This document shows, one piece after another, positions 1 to 9,924 of a stretch of 64,000 nt of DNA. Each line of letters opens with the position of its first letter. The stretch's first letter is position 1. A program made the position numbers and the translations under genes. The notes under the pieces were generated by a model. It saw only the letters and a program-made list of their open reading frames with translations. It was not told the DNA's origin and ran no database searches. The stretch lies in the NCBI GenBank assembly GCA_963746845.1, contig CAVVCZ010000006.1:224001-288000 (forward strand), in the 5' to 3' direction. The stretch comes from an uncultured Chloroflexia bacterium. Lineage in GTDB: Bacteria; Chloroflexota; Limnocylindria; Limnocylindrales; CSP1-4.

Positions 1-104
1 AGGATCGGGTCGAGCAGGCTGGGCGGGACGGACCGGAGCCACGAGGCGGCGATCGCCAACGCCTGGCGATCCGGCGGCCTGGTCTCGCCCCCCGACGAAT
101 CCAT
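1..104 (-). CDS. 5' end of a hypothetical protein (runs off window; MDSSGGETRPPDRQALAIAASWLRS...)
   Basis: ATG at 104, 6 nt downstream of -10-like TAGCGT (111-116, minus strand); frame open to window edge. Confidence 0.5.
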   Translation of the reverse strand, partial: MDSSGGETRPPDRQALAIAASWLRSVPPSLLDPI

Positions 105-143
105 CGCCACACGCTAGCAGGCCGGTGCCACGCCGGCGTCACC

Positions 144-1394
144 ATGCATACTGGCGATCCCGGTCACGACCCCTCGGAGGATCCCCGCGACGTGAGCGTC
201 GGCACCGCCTTCCATCCCGCGACCGCGCCCCTGAACCGCAAGCAGCAGTGGCGCGAGTGGTCGGGCTACTTCGCCTCCTCGGTCTACGCCGATGCCCATG
301 ACATCGAGTACAACGCGATCCGCGAGGCGGCGGCGCTGATCGACGTCAGCCCGCTCTGCAAGTACGTCGTCGGCGGGCCGGACGCGGCGCGGCTCGTCGA
401 CCGGGTGATCACCCGCGACGCGACGAAGCTCGTGCCCGGCCGCGTGATCTACACGCCGTGGTGCGACGAGCACGGCAGGGTGATCGACGACGGGACGGTC
501 CACGCGCTCGACGACGGGACGTTCCGATGGACGGCCGCCGACCCGCAGCTGCGCTGGCTGCGGATGAACGCGGCGGGTCTCGACGTGACGATCGAGGACA
601 CGTCGGAGACGCTGGCGGCCGTCGCCCTCCAGGGCCCGCAGTCCCGCGCCGTTCTGGAGGCCGCGACGGGGCAGTCGTTCGCCGACCTCGGCTACTTCCG
701 CCGACGGGCGTCGGCGATCGGGAGCGGCCGGAAGAAGCTCGCGATCGACGTGTCGCGGACCGGCTACACCGGCGACCTGGGCTACGAGCTGTGGGTCGAC
801 GCGGGGAAGGCGGTCGCACTGTGGGAGGCGCTCTGGGCCGCCGGGGGGGACCACGCGATCCGCCCCGCCGGGATGCTCGCCCTGGACGTCGTCCGACTGG
901 AGGCCGGGCTGATCCTGCTCGAGGTCGACTACACGTCGGCCCGCCACGCGATGAACCCGGAGCAGAACTACAGCCCGTACGAGATCGGGCTCGGGCGGCT
1001 CGTCTCGTTCGACAAGGCCGACTTCGTCGGTCGCCTGGCCCTGGAGCGGGAGCAGGCCGCCGGCGGTCCGGCGCGCCGGCTCGTCGGCCTCCAGCTCGAC
1101 TGGTACGGGATCGAGGGTCTGTTCAGCGCCCAGGGCCTGCCACCGGCGATCTCGCCCGTCGTCGACCGCTCGCCCCGGCCGGTGTTCGTCGGCGGCCGTC
1201 AGGTCGGACGGGCGACGTCGGTCGGATGGAGCCCGATCCTCAAGCAGGCGATCGCGCTGGCATCCGTCCCGCCCGCGCACGAGGCGATCGGCTCGGCGGT
1301 CGACGTCGAGTGGACCGTCGAGGGCCGCCGTGGACGCGTCGGCGCGAAGGTGGTTGCCCTTCCGTTCCTCGATCTGGAGCGCAAGCGCGCCTGA
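144..1394 (+). CDS. GcvT-family aminomethyltransferase / folate-dependent demethylase-like protein
   Basis: Motifs DVSPL, VIDDGTV, SRTGYTGDLGYE, RLEAG. True start may be GTG 192 after GGAGG at 176-180. Confidence 0.9.
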   Translation: MHTGDPGHDPSEDPRDVSVGTAFHPATAPLNRKQQWREWSGYFASSVYADAHDIEYNAIREAAALIDVSPLCKYVVGGPDAARLVDRVITRDATKLVPGRVIYTPWCDEHGRVIDDGTVHALDDGTFRWTAADPQLRWLRMNAAGLDVTIEDTSETLAAVALQGPQSRAVLEAATGQSFADLGYFRRRASAIGSGRKKLAIDVSRTGYTGDLGYELWVDAGKAVALWEALWAAGGDHAIRPAGMLALDVVRLEAGLILLEVDYTSARHAMNPEQNYSPYEIGLGRLVSFDKADFVGRLALEREQAAGGPARRLVGLQLDWYGIEGLFSAQGLPPAISPVVDRSPRPVFVGGRQVGRATSVGWSPILKQAIALASVPPAHEAIGSAVDVEWTVEGRRGRVGAKVVALPFLDLERKRA

Positions 1395-1407
1395 CGCGGG
1401 CCGCCGC

Positions 1408-1495
1408 CCCGGTTCCTCCCTGCACCCGACCCGGTTCCTCCGCGCACCGGAAAACCGGTGGACCCGTTGCCTCCACGAGGGCGTGGCAGTACGTT
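1408..1495 (+). promoter_or_regulatory. sigma70-type promoter TTGCCT-N17-TACGTT with upstream 19-bp direct repeat
   Basis: TTGCCT 1467-1472, TACGTT 1490-1495; CCCGGTTCCTCCnnGCACC at 1408-1426 and 1430-1448 (period 22). Confidence 0.55.
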
Positions 1496-1518
1496 CGGCT
1501 GCCAGCTAGGGGGCCCAA

Positions 1519-2358
1519 ATGGACCAGATCGACTCGGTTGACGCCCTCGCGTCAACGAACGGTGCGGTGACCACGGCTGACCACGAGCCACCCCCGGCCG
1601 TGGTCGCCAGCGTGCTGCCGTCGTTCCTGGCGGAGCTGACCCGCGCGATGCAGGCTGCCGCCGAGCAGCAGCGCGAAGAGATCGCCGCGGTCATCGAGGA
1701 CGAGGCCGCCGGTCAGGTCGACACGGCGCGCAAGCGGGCGGCCATCGAGGCCGAGGAGCTGCGCCGGCTCGCGGAAGAGGACGTCACGGACATCGAGGCC
1801 TGGGCGGCCGACGAGACCGAACGGATCCGCCTGGAGGCCGGCCGGCGCACCGAGAAGCGCCGGAAGGACCTGGAGGCGCACCTCGCCAAGCACGACTCGA
1901 TCATCACGACCGAGATCGACGGCGTCGGCATCGCCGTCCAGGAGTACCGCGCGACCCTCGATCAGTTCTTCGACGAGCTCCACGAGGCGACCAGTCCGGC
2001 CGAGATCGCCCGACGCGCGGGCTCGCTGCCGCCGCCGCCGGACCTGGACAATGTCCGGGGCCTGGCCCGGGCGAGCGCGGTGGCCGAGCTCGCCGTCTCC
2101 GACGCCGTGCAGGACACCGACGAGTCCGCGCACGACGAGCCCGAACCGCCCGGCGATGAGCCGGCCGAGCCAGGCCCGGGGCTGGGCGTCATGGATCCCG
2201 AGGCCGTCGGGCGGTCAGAAGAGCTGCCGGTCGACCCGATCCCGGACGACGCGGTCGCGGCGTCCGCCCAGCCGAGCGCGGCGGCGCGGCTGCTGCGCTC
2301 GCTCTCCTCGTGGAGTGTCGCCGGTCACGACGACGATCGCGGCACCCGGGGCTCCTGA
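1519..2358 (+). CDS. acidic coiled-coil hypothetical protein
   Basis: 279 aa, E/A/R-rich helical core, SD-like AGGGGG upstream, GC3-biased frame. Confidence 0.75.
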   Translation: MDQIDSVDALASTNGAVTTADHEPPPAVVASVLPSFLAELTRAMQAAAEQQREEIAAVIEDEAAGQVDTARKRAAIEAEELRRLAEEDVTDIEAWAADETERIRLEAGRRTEKRRKDLEAHLAKHDSIITTEIDGVGIAVQEYRATLDQFFDELHEATSPAEIARRAGSLPPPPDLDNVRGLARASAVAELAVSDAVQDTDESAHDEPEPPGDEPAEPGPGLGVMDPEAVGRSEELPVDPIPDDAVAASAQPSAAARLLRSLSSWSVAGHDDDRGTRGS

Positions 2359-2387
2359 CCGGACGACCCGGCTTCTCGCCCCTCCGG

Positions 2388-2597
2388 TCAGCCCCGACGC
2401 AACTGGCTGAACCGCTTCCGGATCGCCTCCGAGCGTGTACGCGTGATCGCCGTGCGCTGGGCGGTCGAGACGTGCGACCTGAACGATCGATGGCCGACGC
2501 GGGCATGGACGGCGGCCGCGACGGCCGCGTGACCGGCCTCGCCGGCGACGTCCGATGCCCGGGCGCGGGAGGTCCACGCGGGACGGAGGTGCTTCAT
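2388..2597 (-). CDS. small basic hypothetical protein (69 aa)
   Basis: Fills the gap between genes; third codon positions mostly G/C; no recognisable domain. Confidence 0.45.
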   Translation of the reverse strand: MKHLRPAWTSRARASDVAGEAGHAAVAAAVHARVGHRSFRSHVSTAQRTAITRTRSEAIRKRFSQLRRG

Positions 2598-2616
2598 CGT
2601 CGGTACCCCGCCCGCT

Positions 2617-3417
2617 CTAGTTGACGACCAGGTAGCCGACGTAGACGGTCTTGCCCGGCGCCTTCGAGAGGTAGATCGTCACCGCGTTCGTCGACGGCAC
2701 GGCGGCCCGCACGTAGCAGCCGCTCACGCTCGTCTGGAGCGTCGCGATCGCCCACGAGTTCACGGTCGCGCCCGGCACGGTCACCTTGAGCGACGTGGCC
2801 GATGACGACATCGCCTTCCGGCCGCTCCGGCTCGTCTTGAAGCCGCCGCTCACGTACAGGGCGATCTGCGACGGCGAGCTGGCCGAGGCGTAGATCCCGG
2901 TGGTGGCGCCGGCACCGGCATGCGCATGGAGCGCGGTCCCGGGAGCCGGCACGTTCAGGTCCGATGAGCCGCTGAAGGCATGGATGCCGGTCCCGGTCTC
3001 CGGCGCGGACCCGATAGCGCCGACGAACCCGAACCCCGCGAGGCCCCAGTCGCCGGTGCCGACGACTCCGATCCCCTGGATCGTGTCGCCCCACACGCCG
3101 GCGTCCTTGATGTCGATGTCGGCGAAGCCGTACACGCCGACCTGGGTCGTGTCGGTCTCGGGCGTGTCGGCGCCGCTCTGGCCGTAGACGCCCGTGCCGG
3201 AGACGCTCTTGCCGTGGAAGACGGGATCGGCATCGGCCGACAGGGTCGTGGTACCGGTGCCGGCGTCATTCGGCGTGCCGATGACGAGGTTGTCGCCGCT
3301 GGCGGCGGACACGGGCGCGGCCCGGCCGATCGCGGAGGCGACGAGTGCGCCGGCCCCCCCCAGGGCTCCGGCGAGGATGGCGCGACGGGAGCGGGGCGCG
3401 GTCGTGTCGATGGCCAC
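2617..3417 (-). CDS. Tat-exported Gly-rich beta-repeat protein
   Basis: SRRAILAG twin-arginine signal with AxA cleavage site; repeated GV(Y/W)G units; GGAGG RBS before GTG. Confidence 0.8.
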   Translation of the reverse strand: MAIDTTAPRSRRAILAGALGGAGALVASAIGRAAPVSAASGDNLVIGTPNDAGTGTTTLSADADPVFHGKSVSGTGVYGQSGADTPETDTTQVGVYGFADIDIKDAGVWGDTIQGIGVVGTGDWGLAGFGFVGAIGSAPETGTGIHAFSGSSDLNVPAPGTALHAHAGAGATTGIYASASSPSQIALYVSGGFKTSRSGRKAMSSSATSLKVTVPGATVNSWAIATLQTSVSGCYVRAAVPSTNAVTIYLSKAPGKTVYVGYLVVN

Positions 3418-3561
3418 CGAATGAACCTCCCTCGTGCGCGACGCGAGGCCGGTGGCCCCGTCGACCGCCGCCGGACCCGACGTCCGACGACGGCATCATC
3501 GACGATGGCCGGGCTGATCACAACCTCGCAACGGCCCTCGACCTGATCGGCGCCCCGAAGG

Positions 3562-3861
3562 TCAGTCGCGCCCGCGCAACAGGGAGACCCGGAAGGGCCG
3601 CAGCTCGCCGCGCGCGAAGCCGGCAACGAAGACCGGGTCCTCGTCCATGATCCGGCGAGCGGTGGCCTCGTCCGGGGCTTCGAAGATCGCGATGCCCGTG
3701 TTCGTCGAGCCGAGGGTCGGGCCCACCAGGATGATCGTGCCCTCCGCGAGGAGCCGCTCGAACCGCTCGAAGTGGACGCTCCAGACGGCCCGCTCCTCGC
3801 CGGTCATCGTCGCGGCGAAGTCGTCGCGGAGCGGGTGGATGAAGTAGATCCACTCGGCCAT
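3562..3861 (-). CDS. YciI-family protein
   Basis: 99 aa; H...L..EG.I.L.GP...G..IFEA...A...DP pattern. Confidence 0.8.
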   Translation of the reverse strand: MAEWIYFIHPLRDDFAATMTGEERAVWSVHFERFERLLAEGTIILVGPTLGSTNTGIAIFEAPDEATARRIMDEDPVFVAGFARGELRPFRVSLLRGRD

Positions 3862-3863
3862 CG

Positions 3864-4997
3864 TCAGGCGACCGGCTCCGGCCGATGGACGGCGAGGAAG
3901 TGCTCCAGCCCCGCGAGCGCGACGGGCAGGTCCTCCCGGCCGAACCCGATCCGGACGTGGTTACCGTCGTGCCCGATCACGCTGCCCGGGAGGAGCAGGA
4001 CGCCTTCGGCCTCGACGAGGGCGGCGGCGAACGTCTCGGCCGGCTCCTCGTCCAACAGCCGGGCGAACCCGATCGAGCCGCCGCGCGGCCGGACCCAGCT
4101 CCAGCGATCGGGGTGGTCGGCGAAGAACCGGTCGAGCAGCGGGAGGTTCGCCTCGACGATCCCGCGCGATCGTGCGAGGACCGTGTCGCGCGCGCGCAGC
4201 CCGATGAGCGCGAGGATCTCGGACGGCGCCGACGAGCAGATCGTCGTGTAGTCCTTGAACGCGGCGCAACGTGCGAGGAGGTCCCGGTCGCGGGTCGCCA
4301 GCCAGCCGATCCGCAGGCCGGCCAGCGCGAACGACTTCGACATCACGCCAAGCGAGACCCCGCGCTCGTCGGCGTCGGCGCCGGCGACGAGGCGGTCCGC
4401 GTCGTCGAACTCGAGGAACCGATAGACCTCGTCGGCGAGCAGGTGGATCCCGCGGTCTGCGAGCTCGCCGGTGAGCCGCGCCCAGGCCGCGTGCGATGGC
4501 AGCATCCCCGTCGGGTTGTGGGGCGCGTTGACGACGACGAGCCGGGTCTCGGGACGGAGCGCCGCGATCAGCCGGTCCGGGTCGAGCCCCCAGCCGTCGG
4601 CCTCGTGCAGGACGTGGAGGCTGATGTCGGCGCCGGTCGCGCGGCCGACCTCGTACAGGCTCTGGTAGCCGGGCCACGTGACGACGGCGTGGTCGCCGGG
4701 ACCGAGCAGCACGTTCGACAGGCAGAAGATCCCCTCCTCGGCACCGGCGAACACGAGGACGTCGGCGGCATCGACGGTGTCGTAGAGCGTGGCGATCTCG
4801 GCGCGGAGCAGTGGATGACCGGGCGCCTCCGAGTAGCCGAGCCGGAGGTTCGCCCAGAGATCGGCGGTCTCGTCGTCGGCGAGGGCGAGGAGGTCGGCCA
4901 TCGGCCAGCCCTCGACGTCGGACCCACACAGGAGATGCCGGACGGCGAACTCCCAGCGGGCGAAGAAGCGCTCGAGCGCGAATTCGGCGATGCGCAT
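3864..4997 (-). CDS. PLP-dependent aminotransferase class I/II
   Basis: MRIAEFALERFF start; PHNPTG, DEVY, SKSFALAGLRIGW (PLP Lys present); start trimmed from track ORF 3864..6530. Confidence 0.9.
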   Translation of the reverse strand: MRIAEFALERFFARWEFAVRHLLCGSDVEGWPMADLLALADDETADLWANLRLGYSEAPGHPLLRAEIATLYDTVDAADVLVFAGAEEGIFCLSNVLLGPGDHAVVTWPGYQSLYEVGRATGADISLHVLHEADGWGLDPDRLIAALRPETRLVVVNAPHNPTGMLPSHAAWARLTGELADRGIHLLADEVYRFLEFDDADRLVAGADADERGVSLGVMSKSFALAGLRIGWLATRDRDLLARCAAFKDYTTICSSAPSEILALIGLRARDTVLARSRGIVEANLPLLDRFFADHPDRWSWVRPRGGSIGFARLLDEEPAETFAAALVEAEGVLLLPGSVIGHDGNHVRIGFGREDLPVALAGLEHFLAVHRPEPVA

Positions 4998-5035
4998 GGG
5001 CCGATGATCCCCCACGCAGGCCCGGCGGGCCAGCG

Positions 5036-6139
5036 TCAGTCGCGGTCCGCGACCCCGGCGTCCTCGAACGTCGCCATCTCGCCGAGGATCCGGAGGGCGG
5101 CGGCGATCACCGGCATGGCCAGCGCTGCGCCGCTCCCCTCGCCGAGCCGGAGCCCGAGATCCAGGACCGGCTCCAGGCCGAGGGCCTCGAGGACGACCCG
5201 GTGGCCGGGCTCGGCGGAGCGATGGCTGGCGATCAGCCGGCCCGGAAGGTCCGGGGCGAGCCGGCACGCGACGAGCGCCGCGGCACCCGTGATGAACCCG
5301 TCGAGGACGACCGGGACGTGGCGGCTCGCGGCCTCGAGGATCGCCCCGACGAGCGCCGCGATCTCGAGCCCGCCGACGGTGGCAAGGACGTCGAGCGGCC
5401 GCTCGCGATCCAGTTGATGCAGGGCGAGCGCGGCGTCGATGACGGCCGCCTTGTGCCTCACGCCGGCGTCGTCGAGACCGGTCCCGCGGCCCGTGACGTC
5501 GGCGGCCGGACGGTCGAGGAGCGCGGCGACGATCGCGCTGGCGGCGGTCGTGTTGCCGATCCCCATCTCGCCGACCCCGAGCAGGTCGCAGCCTCCGGCG
5601 ATCGCCTCGGCTACGATCATGCGCCCGACGTCGATCGCGGCGAGGGTCTCGGCCATCGTCATCGCCGGCTCGACCGAGAAGTCGCGGGTCCCGGAGGCGA
5701 CGCGGGCGGCGACGACGCGCGGGCCGTCCCTCGCGACCGGGTCGTGCTCGCGCGCGGGTTCGCCACCGACGCCGACGTCGACCACCACGAGGTCCGCGCC
5801 CGCCACCCGGCTCAGGACGTTGATCGCGGCACCACCGGCGGCGAAGTTCGCGACCATCTGGCCGGTCACCTCGGGCGGGTAGGGCGAGACTCCCTGGCGC
5901 ACGATCCCGTGGTCGCCCGCGAACACGACGATCACGGGGCGCCGGATCGAGGTGACGGGCTCCCCCCAGATGCCCGCCACCTCGATCGCCAGCGTCTCGA
6001 GCCGCCCGAGACTCCCCGGCGGCTTCGTCAATCGGTCGAGGCGACGCGCGGCCGCCGCCATCGCCTCGGGATCCAGCGGCCCGACGCCGTCGATGACCGC
6101 CTCGAGCGGCGCGAGGGAGATCGTCGGCGAGCCGCTCAC
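5036..6139 (-). CDS. cobT: nicotinate-nucleotide--dimethylbenzimidazole phosphoribosyltransferase
   Basis: LTKPPGSLGRLE, FAGDHG, GEMGIGNTT, LRLGEGSGA; GTGA overlap with upstream gene. Confidence 0.95.
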   Translation of the reverse strand: MSGSPTISLAPLEAVIDGVGPLDPEAMAAAARRLDRLTKPPGSLGRLETLAIEVAGIWGEPVTSIRRPVIVVFAGDHGIVRQGVSPYPPEVTGQMVANFAAGGAAINVLSRVAGADLVVVDVGVGGEPAREHDPVARDGPRVVAARVASGTRDFSVEPAMTMAETLAAIDVGRMIVAEAIAGGCDLLGVGEMGIGNTTAASAIVAALLDRPAADVTGRGTGLDDAGVRHKAAVIDAALALHQLDRERPLDVLATVGGLEIAALVGAILEAASRHVPVVLDGFITGAAALVACRLAPDLPGRLIASHRSAEPGHRVVLEALGLEPVLDLGLRLGEGSGAALAMPVIAAALRILGEMATFEDAGVADRD

Positions 6140-6720
6140 GCCACGACCCACAACGTGTCCCGCGGAGCCAGGCGGACCACCCCGCCCGGCCGGAGGGGCG
6201 CCTCGTCCACGCTGTCCGGCGCATCCGCGAGGACCCGGAGCAGGGCATGGAGGAATGCTCCGTGGGAGACCACGACGACCGGCCGGGTGGCCGCATCCGT
6301 GCGGATCCTGGACGCGGCACGACGAGCCCGCTCGCGCACCTCGGCCGTCGACTCGCCGTCCGGCCAGTCGATCGGGTCGCCGCGGCCGATCGCGGCCGCC
6401 ACGTCCGGCTCGCGGGCCGCGACCTCGGGCCAGGTGAGCCCTTCGACCCGGCCCATGTCGACCTCGTGCAGCTCGGCGGCGACCGCGACCGAGATCCCGG
6501 CGGCGGCGCCGATCGCCGACGCCGTGGCACGCGCCCGCCGGGCGGGGCTGGAGCGGACGATCGCCGTCGCGGGCAGATCCGGCGCGAGACGCGACGCGAG
6601 ATCGCGGGCGAGGACCCGGCCGTCGCGACTCAGCGGCGGGTCCGCCCGGCCGCACCAGCGCCGGCCGGTCCATGCTGTCGGGGTGTGACGGACGAGCCAG
6701 ATGTCGTGCGCGCTGGTCAT
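6136..6720 (-). CDS. cobC: histidine phosphatase, probable alpha-ribazole phosphatase
   Basis: LVRH motif, SSPARRA, VVSHG; located between cobU and cobT with overlapping codons. Confidence 0.75.
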   Translation of the reverse strand: MTSAHDIWLVRHTPTAWTGRRWCGRADPPLSRDGRVLARDLASRLAPDLPATAIVRSSPARRARATASAIGAAAGISVAVAAELHEVDMGRVEGLTWPEVAAREPDVAAAIGRGDPIDWPDGESTAEVRERARRAASRIRTDAATRPVVVVSHGAFLHALLRVLADAPDSVDEAPLRPGGVVRLAPRDTLWVVA

Positions 6721-7286
6721 GGGACCGGCTCCCGGGTCAGCGGGATCGGGACGCCCGCGACGAGGAACCATCCCTCGTCGGCGTCCCCCACCAGGCGCTG
6801 GTGGGCGATCCCGAGCACGTCCCGGAACGCCCGGCTGAGCGGATCCATCGGCACGATGCCGAGCCCGACCTCGTCGCTGACGACGACCGCCGGCCCGTCG
6901 TGATCGGCGATGGCCGCCCGCAGCTCCTCGATCGGGCCGTCCACGATCGCCATGACGTCCGGCGGGCCGTTGCCGTTGCCGACGCCGTCGCCGTCGCCGA
7001 GCAGCAGGCTGACCCAGAGCGTCAGCCCGTCGAGGAGGATCGTCGTGCCGGCGGGGATGGACCGGATTGCCGCGACGAGGTCGCGGCCCGGCTCGAGCGT
7101 CGTCCAGCCGGGCGGCCGGTCGCTCCGGTGCAGGGCGATCCGCTCGTCCAGCTCCGCGTCCCCGGGGAGTGCGGTCGCGACGTACGTGACCGTGCCGTCG
7201 CCCGCGACCTCCGACGCCCGGTCGCGCCCGAACCGGCTCTTGCCGCTCCGGGTCCCACCGAGGATCACGACCAGCGGCCGGCTCAT
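6717..7286 (-). CDS. cobU: bifunctional adenosylcobinamide kinase / cobinamide-phosphate guanylyltransferase
   Basis: GGTRSGKS P-loop, RIALHR, SDEVGLGIVP, FRDVLG. Confidence 0.95.
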   Translation of the reverse strand: MSRPLVVILGGTRSGKSRFGRDRASEVAGDGTVTYVATALPGDAELDERIALHRSDRPPGWTTLEPGRDLVAAIRSIPAGTTILLDGLTLWVSLLLGDGDGVGNGNGPPDVMAIVDGPIEELRAAIADHDGPAVVVSDEVGLGIVPMDPLSRAFRDVLGIAHQRLVGDADEGWFLVAGVPIPLTREPVP

Positions 7287-8071
7287 CCGAGCACGACCGC
7301 GACGAGGAGCACGGCGGCGAACGTGATCTCGATGATCGCGCCGTAGCCGTCGCCGTCGAGCTGGCCACGAAGCAGCACGACGAGACCGCCGACGACGATC
7401 CCGACGCCGGCGCCGGCAACGGCCGCGAGGGCGACGCCCGGACCCGCGAACTCCATGAGCACGATCGAGACGAGCGCCGCCGTGACCACCGCGAACGCGG
7501 CCGCCGCGACGGAGACGTGATCCGCGAACCACGACCCGAGCCCGTCGATCGGCCGCAACCGGCGCCCGACCGTCACCGCCCAGACCGGGGCCACCGCCCG
7601 CGAGACCGTCGCGGCGGCGATGAGGGTGGCCGCGGCCCGGAGCCCGTCGTTCGCGGCCAGCTCGGCGAGGGCGGCGGCGTCCAGGCCGAGGACGGCGACG
7701 ATCACCACGACCCCGGCGGTGCCCGTCCGCGGATCGGTCCGTGCCCGTTCGGCGCCGCCGGCCGGCGCGGCCAGCGCGTCGAACGTGTCGGCGAGACCGT
7801 CGAGATGGAGCGCGCCGTCCAGGATCGCCAGGATGGCGACGGCGGCGATCGCCGCCACCACGGGATGGGCGAGCCCGGCGACTGCCAGCGGCAGGGCCGC
7901 CACGAGCCCGAGGCCCGCCCCGACGAGCCCGAACGCGGCCGCCCCGGTCCGTGACCGGCCGCCGGACCGCGCGGCGACCGGCACCCGCGTCAGGAACGCG
8001 ATCGCCGCAGCGACCTCCGCGAGCGGGTGGCCTCGCTCCGCGCCGTGCTCGCCGGCCGCGATCTCAGCCAT
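7283..8071 (-). CDS. cobS: adenosylcobinamide-GDP ribazoletransferase (cobalamin synthase)
   Basis: FLTRVP, LHLDGLADTFD, DPRTG, GDGYGA; polytopic membrane protein. Confidence 0.92.
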   Translation of the reverse strand: MAEIAAGEHGAERGHPLAEVAAAIAFLTRVPVAARSGGRSRTGAAAFGLVGAGLGLVAALPLAVAGLAHPVVAAIAAVAILAILDGALHLDGLADTFDALAAPAGGAERARTDPRTGTAGVVVIVAVLGLDAAALAELAANDGLRAAATLIAAATVSRAVAPVWAVTVGRRLRPIDGLGSWFADHVSVAAAAFAVVTAALVSIVLMEFAGPGVALAAVAGAGVGIVVGGLVVLLRGQLDGDGYGAIIEITFAAVLLVAVVLG

Positions 8072-8846
8072 GGGCGACCGCCACAGGCCGGCTCCAGGGC
8101 CCGTCCGGCAGGAGCGCCGGATCCACGCCGAAGACGTCGCGGATCCGGTCGTGGCCAAGGGCCTCGGCGGGCGGGCTGTCGGCGACGATGCCCCCGTCCG
8201 CCACGACGACGATCCGGGGGATCCGCTGCGCCGCGAGATGGAGGTCGTGGAGCACGGTCACGATCGTCCGGCCGTCGCGCCGGTTCAGGTCGGCGAGCAG
8301 GTCCATCACGTCGAACTGGTGGCGGATGTCGAGGTGGACCGTCGGCTCGTCGAGCATGACGATCGGTGCCGCCTGGGCGATGGCGACCGCGAGCAGCACG
8401 AGCTGACGCTCACCCAGCGACAGCTCCCGGACGTCGCGGCCGACCAGCCGGCCCAGGCCGACCCGATCGATGGCCGCCGCGATCGCGGCACGATCCGCGG
8501 GACGCAGGCCACGGAACCGGTCCTCGTGCGGCAGGCGGCCCAGCGCCACGACGGACTCGACGGTCGCGGCGAACGGCAGGCTGGACGGCTGGGGGACGAC
8601 GGCGATCCGGCGGGCGATCGCGTCGCGGTCCAGCGTCGCGAGCGACCGATCGTCGACGGAGATGGTCCCCGTCGTCGGCGCGAGGAGCCCGGTCATCAGC
8701 CGCAGCAGGGTCGACTTGCCGGCCCCGTTCGGGCCGACGATCGCCACCCACTCGCCCGACCGGATCTCGAGGTCCACGTCGCGGAGGACCGTGCGCGGGC
8801 CGTACGCGGCGGACACGCCCCGGAGGGCGAGGATCGGATCGCTCAC
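8064..8846 (-). CDS. btuD: corrinoid ABC transporter ATP-binding protein
   Basis: GPNGAGKS, LSLGERQ, LDEPT, LHDL; operon context. Confidence 0.85.
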   Translation of the reverse strand: MSDPILALRGVSAAYGPRTVLRDVDLEIRSGEWVAIVGPNGAGKSTLLRLMTGLLAPTTGTISVDDRSLATLDRDAIARRIAVVPQPSSLPFAATVESVVALGRLPHEDRFRGLRPADRAAIAAAIDRVGLGRLVGRDVRELSLGERQLVLLAVAIAQAAPIVMLDEPTVHLDIRHQFDVMDLLADLNRRDGRTIVTVLHDLHLAAQRIPRIVVVADGGIVADSPPAEALGHDRIRDVFGVDPALLPDGPWSRPVAVAHG

Positions 8847-9922
8847 AGCTCGTACCCGCGCTGGGCGCGGCGCAGCAGGATGAGGAAGAACGGCGCCCCG
8901 ATCACCGCCGTGATCACCCCGACCGGGATGCCGCCGAGGAGTCGCGCCGCGAGGTCGGCGACGACCATCAAGAGCGCGCCACCGATCGCCGACAGCGGCA
9001 GCACGAGCCGCGCGTTCGGGCCGACCAGCATTCGGACCACGTGCGGCACGACCAGCCCGACGAACCCGATCAGGCCGCTCACTGCAACCGCCGCAGCCGT
9101 CACGAGCGACGCGAGGGCGAGCAGGATCGCCCGTTCGCGCCGGACGTCCACCCCGAGATGGGCGGCCGTCTCCTCGCCGAGCAACAGTCCGTTGAGCGTG
9201 CGGGCCCGGACGAGGATCAGCAGCGATCCGATCGCGATCAACGGGACGGCTCCCGCCAGCTCGCCCCAGGACGCGTTCTCGAAGCTCCCCAGCAGGTAGG
9301 CGAAGATCTGGCGCAGCGCCGCCCCGGACAGGTACATCGCCATCGCAAGGGCGGCCGCGAGGAGCGAGCCGAGCGCATAGCCGGTGAGCAACAGGCTCGT
9401 CATCGGCGAGCCGCCGGCGGTCCGTGACAGGCGATAGACCGCGGTGATCGCCAGCAGCGCTCCGACGAAGGCGAACAGCTGGAGGAGGCTGAACGCGAGG
9501 AACTCGATCCGGATCGGGATCAGCACCGCGATCGCCGCGCCGAGCGCGGCCCCGGACGCGGTGCCGAGCACGTACGGATCGGCGAGCGGGTTCCGGAGCA
9601 GTCCCTGGAAGGTCGTCCCGGCGACGGCCAGCCCGAGCCCCACGATCATCGCCTCGAGGACCCGGGGCAGCCGCAGCTCCCAGACGATCGTCTCCTCGGT
9701 TGCCGTCCACGTCCGGGGCAGGTCCAGGGGCAGGAGCCGGTGGAGGACGATCCCGATCGTGTCGCCCGGGGCGACCGCCACGGTTCCGAACGCCACCCCT
9801 GCCACCAGGGCGACCCCGAGCGCGGCCAGCCCGATCACCGCCAGCACGATCGGCCGGCGGTGACGGGTCAGCGCGAGCTCGACCGCCGTCGGGTCGGCGA
9901 GGGCGTCCTGGCGGGTGGCCAT
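8843..9922 (-). CDS. btuC: FecCD/BtuC-family ABC permease
   Basis: LRLPR, RNPLADPYVLG, IGFVGLVVPH, GAPFF. Confidence 0.88.
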   Translation of the reverse strand: MATRQDALADPTAVELALTRHRRPIVLAVIGLAALGVALVAGVAFGTVAVAPGDTIGIVLHRLLPLDLPRTWTATEETIVWELRLPRVLEAMIVGLGLAVAGTTFQGLLRNPLADPYVLGTASGAALGAAIAVLIPIRIEFLAFSLLQLFAFVGALLAITAVYRLSRTAGGSPMTSLLLTGYALGSLLAAALAMAMYLSGAALRQIFAYLLGSFENASWGELAGAVPLIAIGSLLILVRARTLNGLLLGEETAAHLGVDVRRERAILLALASLVTAAAVAVSGLIGFVGLVVPHVVRMLVGPNARLVLPLSAIGGALLMVVADLAARLLGGIPVGVITAVIGAPFFLILLRRAQRGYEL

Positions 9923-9924
9923 GA

